From the NCBI GenBank assembly GCA_043746875.1, contig JAYTQE010000046.1, positions 1 through 50,422 on the forward strand: a stretch of 50,422 nucleotides of DNA. Reading direction: 5' to 3'. Source of the stretch: Minisyncoccota bacterium. Its GTDB lineage: Bacteria; Patescibacteriota; Minisyncoccia; Phycocordibacterales; UBA9973. Shown here one piece after another: positions 29,815 through 37,618 of this stretch. The notes beneath the pieces were generated by a model. It did no database searches. It was given only the letters and a program-made list of their open reading frames with translations, and was not told the origin of the DNA. A program made the translations under genes and the position numbers. Numbering within the stretch: position 1 is the first letter of the stretch; each line of letters starts with the position of its first letter.

Positions 29815-29948
29815 GTATAAAATATTATTATATATCAGCTTAGCATAACTAGAAAATACTTAATACTAAAGAGCTACTAGATTTTTAATTGATTAATAGT
29901 GTTTATGATATATAAGGTATTTTATATGAAAATTTATATATTTAGATA

Positions 29949-29977
29949 TTGCAAGATCAACCCTTGTATGTTACTAT
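29949..29977 (+). promoter_or_regulatory. Candidate rpmB promoter
   Basis: TTGCAA (29949-29954), 17-nt spacer, TACTAT (29972-29977). The ATG lies only 9 nt further. Confidence 0.5.
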
Positions 29978-29986
29978 CTCGTAACT

Positions 29987-30232
29987 ATGGCAAAAGAATG
30001 CGCAATAACTAAAAAATCGTCACAAATGGCTGGAGGTTACTCTACTAAAGTTCGTGCTACCAAGTTTAACCCGACAGGTATGACTCGAAAATATGCTAAC
30101 TTACAAAAAAAGCGTATTTTTGTTCCAGAACTAAACAAAACTCTAGTTATAACTATCTCAACTCGAGGAATGAAAAATATTCAAAAAAATGGAGCTTATA
30201 AGACGCTCAAAGAGGCTGGTTTAGTTAAATAG
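29987..30232 (+). CDS. rpmB: 50S ribosomal protein L28
   Basis: MAKECAITKK....G..........R...NLQ.KR; 81 aa. Confidence 0.85.
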   Translation: MAKECAITKKSSQMAGGYSTKVRATKFNPTGMTRKYANLQKKRIFVPELNKTLVITISTRGMKNIQKNGAYKTLKEAGLVK

Positions 30233-30243
30233 ATCTAGCAAAT

Positions 30244-30271
30244 AAAAAACACCTTGCGCAGGTGTTTTTTT
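30244..30271. terminator. Bidirectional terminator (rpmB / RT operon)
   Basis: acacct-tgcgc-aggtgt flanked by an A-run and a T-run. Confidence 0.8.
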
Positions 30272-30273
30272 AT

Positions 30274-31482
30274 TTACTTTACTATTTTATAGAAATGATC
30301 AAAAGTTTTTTGAAATTCATCTACTAAATAAGTATTATTTGTAAACAACGTATCTTCATCATTTCTATAAAAACCAGAAGCAGTCCAATTATTTGTTCCA
30401 AAAACAACAATTTTATTATCAACAATCATTACATGATGATGTAAAAAGATACTAAAATCAGATCTTTGTTTAGATTTATCTATCAAATTATCTAACTTTG
30501 TATCAAATAATATTTGTAAATTATCTATTTTTTGTTCAAATTTTATTTTTTCTAATTCACTAATAACTGAATTTTCTTTATAAGCGACAAAATCATCTAC
30601 TATTAAATTAATAGAGACTCCTGTTTTAGCTTTTTTAATTAAAATATTAGCAATATCTTTATCTGTAAATTGCCACATAAGTATATTAATATTATTTTTT
30701 GAAGAATCTATTATTTCAATAATTTTTTCTTTACTAGAATTCATATTTAGTCCTGGTGACATCCAAATATCTAGATAACTATCTGTATATTTAATATGCT
30801 TAAGCCATGGATTGTAAATTGGGTTTTTTAACTTTTTTGTTCCATAAAAATTATTTTTTAAAAAATCAAATTCTTTGACATAAGATTCTATAATATCAAC
30901 ATCTTTTGTTACTAAATAAAAACTTTGTTCATAAAGTTCACCTTTGTCTGTATAATTTATAGAACCTGTTATCATTTGTTGATTGTCTAGACCTTTATCA
31001 ATTATTAATAATTTATGATGCATATACTCTGCATTTTTATTATTTTGAGGATCAAAAAAGCCTGTATCTATCCGGACAATATCCTTAGGCAATTTTATAA
31101 AAAAAGCATCGTGTTTTAACTTACGAGAATAATCCAAAACCAGTGTAACCTTTACCCCTCTTTCTGATGCCCTATAAATAGCATCTCTTATTTTATAAGA
31201 ATAAAAAGAAAACATAACTATATCTATCGTTGACTTAGCACTATCTATCATCTCAACAATATTATTTAAATATTTTTTATCTTCAAGTTCATTATTAAAA
31301 AAAATCTTTGTATCCATTGGTGTATTTTTATAAACAACAACTTGTGGAGTAGCTACAGTAAACCTTAAGTTAAAATCAACTTCTTTGAGATACAGGTATG
31401 AAATATATTTAGTGATAAGTATAAAAAAAATACCTAATACAAAATATATTATTATATAATTATATTTTTTTAATATTTTCAT
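30274..31482 (-). CDS. Membrane-anchored phospholipase D superfamily protein with two HKD-type motifs (last gene of RT operon)
   Basis: N-terminal TM helix YIIIYFVLGIFFILI. Motif 1 is HHKLLIID...GSINYT (canonical HxKxxxxD...GSxN). Motif 2 is HHHVMIVD...GTNNWT (His at the Lys position). ATG 31482 is preferred (track TTG 31494) and overlaps the upstream gene by 23 nt. Confidence 0.75.
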   Translation of the reverse strand: MKILKKYNYIIIYFVLGIFFILITKYISYLYLKEVDFNLRFTVATPQVVVYKNTPMDTKIFFNNELEDKKYLNNIVEMIDSAKSTIDIVMFSFYSYKIRDAIYRASERGVKVTLVLDYSRKLKHDAFFIKLPKDIVRIDTGFFDPQNNKNAEYMHHKLLIIDKGLDNQQMITGSINYTDKGELYEQSFYLVTKDVDIIESYVKEFDFLKNNFYGTKKLKNPIYNPWLKHIKYTDSYLDIWMSPGLNMNSSKEKIIEIIDSSKNNINILMWQFTDKDIANILIKKAKTGVSINLIVDDFVAYKENSVISELEKIKFEQKIDNLQILFDTKLDNLIDKSKQRSDFSIFLHHHVMIVDNKIVVFGTNNWTASGFYRNDEDTLFTNNTYLVDEFQKTFDHFYKIVK

Positions 31483-33184
31483 TTTTGATTTCAAAAATAG
31501 AGGTGTAAGCTAATAAATTATTATTATTTCTTGCAAATAATATAATCGTAGAGTCTTTTAAATTTTTATCTAAATAAGATATCATTTCTTTTATTTCTTT
31601 ATAATTAATATCTATCCAGATATTATCTATAATAATAATACTTGGTTTATTCAATAAACAATAGGCTATCTGAGCAGTAAATAATAATGTTTGATTATCA
31701 ATCAATGTGTACAAATTTTCTCCTGAGAATTTTTTTCCGGATAAAAGAGGTTTAAGTAATGGGTATTGTTCTATAAGATTGACAATTTTATCTATATCTT
31801 GTGTATTTATATCTTCTTTGTCTTTATTAAGAATAATCTCTCCTATTGTTTTGCTCGATGAAAATTTTGGAACAAAAAAGTATTTGGACTGAAAGATATC
31901 AGACCAGTTATTATAGGTGAATCTAATTTTATCTATTTTGACCACCCAGCTATGTCTAGAGAAAAAACCATTACCTGAAAATAACCTTGCCAAAGAGGTT
32001 TTGCCTGCAAACTTTTCTCCAAAAAAAAGAATTCTCTCTTTTTTATTGAAATCTATAGATATTTTTTTGAAGTAATTCCCATGTTCATGAATCTTTACCT
32101 TATTTGATCTAAAAGATATTTTTCCCCAGTCTTTATTAAATGGTTCTAATTTTTTTATCCCATATTTAGGTATACAAGATCTTAATCCCAGTTTAAGTGG
32201 AATATAATAAAGTCCAACCCTAATGCTCAAATAGAAAATTCTAAGCATATATAAGTAAAAAAATCCTTTTAATAAAGATAAATTTTGAGATACTGCACTT
32301 ATATCTATTTTTTTATTTTTAGATAATAAGAAAAATATCGACAAAACAATAGCAAAAACAATAGTTGCGGCTCTACCAGAGAACCTCAACCAAACGTCTC
32401 TTCTTATTCTGAAGAAAGTATCAACATTTACTATGTTTTTAAGTTTCTCATTTATTTTTTTAAATTCTGAAAAATTTTTTAATGAATCAAAATCAAATAT
32501 AGATCTAGAAATGTGCTTAAAAATAGCAGAATAAGACGACACCTCTTTAGATATAAGATATTTTGATACTAAATAAGAAGCCATCATAAAAGCCAAACTT
32601 CCAAACAATATAATGGGAATATACAGTAGAAATTCTAAACCTAGAAATAAAGCAATAATGGTTAGAATAGAAAATGACAAAATAAAATATACAAAACCAA
32701 CGATAGAGTTATCAAGCCCCATTGATACAAGTGATAAACTATATGATATTTTAGTAAAAAAACCGGCCCTATTTTCATAATCTGCTTCTGCTATATTTTT
32801 ATCAAAAAATGTAGCAAATAAATCAGCTCTTAATTTATTAATGAATGTTAAAACTAGAAGTCTCTCATATTTAATAGATAAAAATAGTCCTCCTATATAA
32901 AAACATGCAATTGATAAAACTATCATAGGCATAGTCAATCTGTATCCTAGAATAAATAATAGGTAATCAGAAGATATATTTTTTATTGCAAAAAATAACG
33001 ATGCCTCAATTAATCCTTGAATAATTATAAAAAAAATAGCTAGACCGATAATCTTTTTAGTTTTTTTTATAAATCTTTTTATATAATCAATTCTTTTTTG
33101 TTTATCTGTATCAAAATCTTCAATTGATTGTTTTATTTCTATTCTTTTTTTATAAAGCAAAAATTGCTCTCTATCTTTATTCAT
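31460..33184 (-). CDS. ABC-exporter-like membrane protein with degenerate nucleotide-binding domain
   Basis: About six hydrophobic segments are followed by an NBD. Walker A is intact (GEKFAGKTS). The Q-loop Gln is absent, the signature LSGGQ position reads IDNQT, Walker B is IIIIDN (no catalytic Glu), and the H-loop position reads FARN. Confidence 0.7.
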   Translation of the reverse strand: MNKDREQFLLYKKRIEIKQSIEDFDTDKQKRIDYIKRFIKKTKKIIGLAIFFIIIQGLIEASLFFAIKNISSDYLLFILGYRLTMPMIVLSIACFYIGGLFLSIKYERLLVLTFINKLRADLFATFFDKNIAEADYENRAGFFTKISYSLSLVSMGLDNSIVGFVYFILSFSILTIIALFLGLEFLLYIPIILFGSLAFMMASYLVSKYLISKEVSSYSAIFKHISRSIFDFDSLKNFSEFKKINEKLKNIVNVDTFFRIRRDVWLRFSGRAATIVFAIVLSIFFLLSKNKKIDISAVSQNLSLLKGFFYLYMLRIFYLSIRVGLYYIPLKLGLRSCIPKYGIKKLEPFNKDWGKISFRSNKVKIHEHGNYFKKISIDFNKKERILFFGEKFAGKTSLARLFSGNGFFSRHSWVVKIDKIRFTYNNWSDIFQSKYFFVPKFSSSKTIGEIILNKDKEDINTQDIDKIVNLIEQYPLLKPLLSGKKFSGENLYTLIDNQTLLFTAQIAYCLLNKPSIIIIDNIWIDINYKEIKEMISYLDKNLKDSTIILFARNNNNLLAYTSIFEIKNENIKKI

Positions 33185-33192
33185 AACAATAC

Positions 33193-34404
33193 TTACTTTT
33201 TAAATTTTTTATTATAATGATTATATAATGAATCTATTTTATTATACCTAAATAATTTCTCTGTTTCTCTTCTATTTTTTTCTGAATATTTATCAAAAAA
33301 ATATTTAGTTATTATTCTATAAAATTTTTCAGAAAAATTTAATATTTGATTATCGTCATCTATTAATTTTTTTTGTTCTATAATTTGCTTAAACTGTATA
33401 AAAATACTATTATAATTACTTTCAAAATTAAGGCTAAAATGCTTCTTTTTTCTTAACTTATTACTACCTGGATATCTATATAATGTTTTTTTAAGAGAAC
33501 TTATAATTTTAATGAGAGAATTTTCATTTACGCCTATTTTATTATTTTTAAATCTATAACCTAAAAAAACAAAAGGTTCTTTATCTGATATAACCTTTAA
33601 TTTATTTTTATTAAGAATTAGTTTTTTTTCTTTTATCATTTTACTTAAGGTTTTTTGTAGACTCAAAATCTTATTTTTATCTTTATCAAAAGCAATCATA
33701 TCGTCTCCTACTCTCCGATAAAAATCAACATACTTCCCTGCTATTTTATCAAAATCATCCATAAATAAATTTGATAATAAGCCAGAGATAGGAGTTCCTG
33801 TCATTAAACCTTTATTGATTTTTATTAATTTACCATTTTCAAAATATGAAGATTTGATAAAAATTTCAATCAAATTTTTAGTTTTTTGATCTAAACAAAT
33901 TTTATCTAAACTAGATATAAGTAATTCATGATCAATAGAATCTGTATAATCTGAAAGGTCTGCTACCAATATGTGATTGGATCCATAAAACCTTTTATAC
34001 CTACGAATAACACTTCTAGATGCATAATAAGCTGGGTGAGACTTTCTGTATGAATACAAAAAATCAGATAAATATTCATCAAAAAATGGACTTACTACTC
34101 TATATATAGCCTCTGCTCTTATTCTATCTTTTATAGAAAAAATATATATGGATCTATATTTGCCAGTTTTTTTGGGAATCAAAATTTTAAATGGAGGATT
34201 AGTTGGTTTTAAGTTTTTTATTTCCTCTTCGACAATTTTTATTATTTCTTTTGAGGAATAATTTATATTGTTTATTGAAACACCGTCTACTCCTTGTAAT
34301 GTACTTGATTTAGATTCTTCATCAACCTTTTTTAAAAGTTCAAAATATGCACTGACTATGTTGTCATGATCTAGTATTTTATCAAAAAGGTTATTCTCTA
34401 GCAT
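33193..34404 (-). CDS. Reverse transcriptase (stand-alone RT domain plus ~100-aa helical C-terminus)
   Basis: The RT motif series is present in order: LIPKKTGKYRSIY (1), SIKDRIRAEAIY (2), SYRKSHPAYYA (3), ILVADLSDYTDSI (A), GLMTGTPISGLLSNLFM (B), YRRVGDDMIAF (C), LNKNKLKV (D), FVFLGYRF (E). Confidence 0.85.
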   Translation of the reverse strand: MLENNLFDKILDHDNIVSAYFELLKKVDEESKSSTLQGVDGVSINNINYSSKEIIKIVEEEIKNLKPTNPPFKILIPKKTGKYRSIYIFSIKDRIRAEAIYRVVSPFFDEYLSDFLYSYRKSHPAYYASRSVIRRYKRFYGSNHILVADLSDYTDSIDHELLISSLDKICLDQKTKNLIEIFIKSSYFENGKLIKINKGLMTGTPISGLLSNLFMDDFDKIAGKYVDFYRRVGDDMIAFDKDKNKILSLQKTLSKMIKEKKLILNKNKLKVISDKEPFVFLGYRFKNNKIGVNENSLIKIISSLKKTLYRYPGSNKLRKKKHFSLNFESNYNSIFIQFKQIIEQKKLIDDDNQILNFSEKFYRIITKYFFDKYSEKNRRETEKLFRYNKIDSLYNHYNKKFKK

Positions 34405-34411
34405 ATATACT

Positions 34412-34622
34412 TATAGTACGATCCGAGCATAATAGATACCAAGCGGCCTATTATAAATTGAATAAAATTTTCAGTCGGAAGCGATCCCCGCAAGGGGGTC
34501 GTGGAGGACTGATGCCTTTTAGATGAATTATTTCACCCAAATTGTTGGTATTAGGCAACTATAAAAATTTGGGCCCATAATTATTAATACTCACTTAAAA
34601 GTGTTTCTCTGATCGTACTATA
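34412..34622 (-). ncRNA. Candidate RT-associated structured ncRNA (retron msr/msd-like or DRT-type template RNA)
   Basis: Perfect 12-bp inverted repeat tatagtacgatc (34412-34423) / gatcgtactata (34611-34622) encloses 187 nt with hairpins at 34536-34573 and 34471-34512. It ends 7 nt before the RT ATG. A minus-strand TATAAT at 34647-34642 lies upstream. Stops occur in all frames. Confidence 0.5.
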
Positions 34623-34653
34623 AATATACAGCACTGTTTGATTATACTATATA

Positions 34654-35520
34654 TCAATTACTTTTATACCATTTTAGTCCGTCAGTATAAAATGAGGTTG
34701 TTCCTTTTTCTATTGTTGAAATTATGGGAATATTAAGAGATTTTAATCTTTCTATAATTTCTATATTTGGATGACCATAATTATTCTTGACTCCAGCTGA
34801 TATCAAAACTAAATTAGGAGATACACTTTTTAAAAATTCCAAACTAGATCCAGTTTTTGACCCATGATGTGAAAGCTTCAAAATATCAACATTTATTTTT
34901 TTAGGAAAATTATTAACTAGAAAATGCTCAATATTCGCTGGTGAGTCCCCAGTAAAAAGAGCTGATCTTTGGCCAATATCTAATCTTCCAACAATTGAAG
35001 CATTATTTGTCTCCCAGTTGTCTGTTGGTCTATTTGGGAAAATTATAGAAAACTTTGTAGGAACTGATGTCGAATTATTCAAGGTTAAATCCATACCACT
35101 TCTTGCATAATATGAAGGTATATTTTTTTTATTAAGATCAAAAAAAAGATTTTTAAAAGTCTCTGTATCTGTCGATACTTGTGATGTAAGAAATAATCCT
35201 ACCTCATAATGTTTAAGAACAGATTTTATACCTCCTATATGGTCTGCGTCTGGATGTGTTGCAATAATTACCTCTATAAATCTATCTCCTTTTGGCATAA
35301 CACTAGTAAGACCTGAAAGAACCTTTGAATCTTTACCTGCATCAATAAGTAATTGAACACCATTTGATGATTGAATTAAAAAACTATCACCCTGCCCTAC
35401 ATCAATCATAGAGAATCCAGAATTATTTTCATTTTTGCTAGATCCAAAAAATAAAAATACTAAAATTAGAATACTTAAAAATAAACTAAGTATAATCAAA
35501 TTTCTAATCTTTCTATCCAT
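34654..35520 (-). CDS. ComEC C-terminal-type metallo-beta-lactamase-fold protein with N-terminal membrane anchor
   Basis: IDVGQGDS, HPDADHIGG, LSHHGS, NNYGHP motifs are typical of the ComEC/Rec2 MBL domain. N-terminal TM helix LIILSLFLSILILVFLFF. Confidence 0.75.
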   Translation of the reverse strand: MDRKIRNLIILSLFLSILILVFLFFGSSKNENNSGFSMIDVGQGDSFLIQSSNGVQLLIDAGKDSKVLSGLTSVMPKGDRFIEVIIATHPDADHIGGIKSVLKHYEVGLFLTSQVSTDTETFKNLFFDLNKKNIPSYYARSGMDLTLNNSTSVPTKFSIIFPNRPTDNWETNNASIVGRLDIGQRSALFTGDSPANIEHFLVNNFPKKINVDILKLSHHGSKTGSSLEFLKSVSPNLVLISAGVKNNYGHPNIEIIERLKSLNIPIISTIEKGTTSFYTDGLKWYKSN

Positions 35521-35566
35521 AAATAAATTTTATACTAAATTAATAATAAATCAGATCTTATAAAGA

Positions 35567-35575
35567 TGCTATAAT
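35567..35575 (+). promoter_or_regulatory. Extended -10 box (TGcTATAAT) 6 nt upstream of the sod ATG
   Basis: Direct reading; implies a leaderless or near-leaderless mRNA. Confidence 0.45.
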
Positions 35576-35581
35576 GAAAAC

Positions 35582-36175
35582 ATGTTTACAGAACAAAAAT
35601 TTGAAATACCGAAACTTGTCGGTATAAGTGAGAAAACAATAGAAGAACACTTGAAGTTATATGCTGGTTATATAAAAAATGCGAACATGATTCTTGAATT
35701 ACTAGAAAAAGGATCGTGGGAAGGTGAAGGTGGTATCTATGCGAGAAACGAATTAAATCGTCGTTTTAGTTTCGAATACAATGGTATGCGCAACCATGAA
35801 ATTTATTTTTCTTCTTTAGAAGAAGGACCTAAAGATCTCAATCCAGAAAGTGAATTAGGTAAAACATTACTAGGACTTTTTGGTAATTATGAAAACTTTG
35901 TACAAAAATTTACGAGCATAGCTCTTACTCGTGGAATTGGATGGGCAATATTATGGTATGATAAAAAAAATAACAAAATACTTACTTCTTGGATAGATGA
36001 ACAACACTTAGGTCAATTAAATGGTTGCAAAATGATACTCGCACTTGATATGTGGGAACATTCATTTGTGGCTGATTACCAATCAAGCGGTAAAAAAGTA
36101 TATGTTGAAGATTTTTTCAAAAATTTGAATTGGTCTGTATGCGAAAAGTATTTCTCAGATGCGCAAAATAAGTAA
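35582..36175 (+). CDS. Fe/Mn superoxide dismutase family protein (divergent)
   Basis: Ligand contexts are conserved: EEHLKLYAGYIKNAN, NGMRNHEIYF, DMWEHSF. Confidence 0.7.
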   Translation: MFTEQKFEIPKLVGISEKTIEEHLKLYAGYIKNANMILELLEKGSWEGEGGIYARNELNRRFSFEYNGMRNHEIYFSSLEEGPKDLNPESELGKTLLGLFGNYENFVQKFTSIALTRGIGWAILWYDKKNNKILTSWIDEQHLGQLNGCKMILALDMWEHSFVADYQSSGKKVYVEDFFKNLNWSVCEKYFSDAQNK

Positions 36176-37598
36176 TAATTTCTCTTTTATAAATTAGTAC
36201 AAATAACACACTGTAGATACCTAGGACCCCGAATCCACTCAGATTCGGAGTTTGCCATTGGGGTAATTTCCCAAAAAATGTCAGAACATTGATTGTGAAA
36301 CCTCCAACAAATGATGTTAGTGTTCCAAAAAAATTAGTTAAAAGTGTTATAGGTGAAAATACTACAACAGCAAGTCCTCCCAACATAAGTAATGGAATTA
36401 TTGGAACTAAGAACATATTTGCAATAGGTGAAACGATTGGAAACAATCCTGAGAAATACATCAAGTATGGCAACATAAATATTGGTAGACCGAAAGATAA
36501 AATACTTAGCTCACGAAAGTTAACCTTCCAATTTGGAATCCAAATTAATTTCTCTTTGAGAATTGGAAGTATAGTGATAATGAACAATGTTGCTAGAAAT
36601 GATAGATGAAATCCTGGATCGCTAAATATTGCCTTTGGCATTGTCATAAAGAAAAATAAAAATGCGAACAATAATGCTCGGAAAACATTATAAGTACGGA
36701 GAGTTGCTGTAGCTAGAAGTGCAATAGAACCCATTATTCCTGCTCTAACTGCTGCTATACCTGCACCACTAACAAGTACTAATGAAAATATCCCAAAAAA
36801 TATCAAAATGTTACGTACCTTAAATTGTGCTCTGCGCAAAAGTATCCCGATAAATGTCGCTAAGACTGTGATGTTGTAGCCAGAGAGTACTAGGGTGTGA
36901 AGTGTACCTGTTACTCTGAAAATATCTGACAAATATTTTGGAATACCTCCTTGAAAGCCAACCAACATACCACTAACTATTCCATCAACTGGGAAAGATA
37001 TATTTTTCGACAATTGTCTTGCAATCCATGAGCGAGTAATAGTGGCATATCTAACAACATAATTCCTAATCTCACCATTCTTTAGGCCTTGCCTAAAGAA
37101 TTCAATATTTGCTATTTGAGCATTGTTTACTATAGCGTCTATACCTTTACTACTTAAATATTGTTTATATGGAAATATTCTACCCGAATCAGTTACAAAG
37201 TTTTCTGGCTCTTTTACTTGTCCGCGAAATGATATATAGTCTCCCGGTAATATATTGTTAATATGAGATAATTCAACCTGGACTTTACCATCAGAATTAT
37301 CTAATTTAACTATAAGTAATGTCTTATCTAATCTTTCATCTATACTTTGAACTATACCGCTAAGTGCTCTATTGCCTATTTCTATTTCATGAACAGGCAT
37401 CATCCATATTCTTAAAGCTCCAAGTATTACTGTTAATGTTAAAATTAAACCTATTAATATTCCTTTGAAGTTTCTAAAAATTAAACAAAAAAATACTCCC
37501 CAAAGAATACTCAAAAAATAAATTTCAGTAAGACTAAAGTTTAACTGATAATAAAATGTTGAACCTATAATCAAGCTAATACAAAACAGTACGAGCAT
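36117..37598 (-). CDS. comEC: ComEC/Rec2 membrane channel part (DUF4131-like OB region plus competence domain), no MBL domain
   Basis: 493 aa, polytopic. A soluble insert follows the first TM segments, then a dense TM bundle typical of the ComEC competence domain. Confidence 0.7.
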   Translation of the reverse strand: MLVLFCISLIIGSTFYYQLNFSLTEIYFLSILWGVFFCLIFRNFKGILIGLILTLTVILGALRIWMMPVHEIEIGNRALSGIVQSIDERLDKTLLIVKLDNSDGKVQVELSHINNILPGDYISFRGQVKEPENFVTDSGRIFPYKQYLSSKGIDAIVNNAQIANIEFFRQGLKNGEIRNYVVRYATITRSWIARQLSKNISFPVDGIVSGMLVGFQGGIPKYLSDIFRVTGTLHTLVLSGYNITVLATFIGILLRRAQFKVRNILIFFGIFSLVLVSGAGIAAVRAGIMGSIALLATATLRTYNVFRALLFAFLFFFMTMPKAIFSDPGFHLSFLATLFIITILPILKEKLIWIPNWKVNFRELSILSFGLPIFMLPYLMYFSGLFPIVSPIANMFLVPIIPLLMLGGLAVVVFSPITLLTNFFGTLTSFVGGFTINVLTFFGKLPQWQTPNLSGFGVLGIYSVLFVLIYKREIITYFAHLRNTFRIQTNSNF

Positions 37599-37618
37599 AT
37601 ATTATATTTTATCATTTT

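Noticed and set aside
34424-34610. DRT2-like never-ending ORF encoded by concatenated cDNA of the ncRNA
   Set aside because: Stop codons occur in all frames on both strands between the inverted repeats (many taa/tag/tga), so a stop-free repeat unit spanning the whole loop is impossible. A short internal template cannot be ruled out by eye.
33193-34653. Diversity-generating retroelement (DGR) interpretation of the RT locus
   Set aside because: No template/variable repeat pair is visible: the GC-rich ncRNA core does not recur anywhere in the window. No Avd-like small gene is present. Motif B lacks the DGR-type I/LGxxxSQ signature. A VR located outside the window cannot be excluded.
33193-34653. 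Group II intron carrying the RT
   Set aside because: There are no intron RNA domains (no domain V/VI-like sequence and no GUGYG...AY boundaries) around the ORF. The flanking non-coding sequence is only ~250 nt on one side and 8 nt on the other. The RT has no maturase/endonuclease extension typical of intron-encoded proteins.
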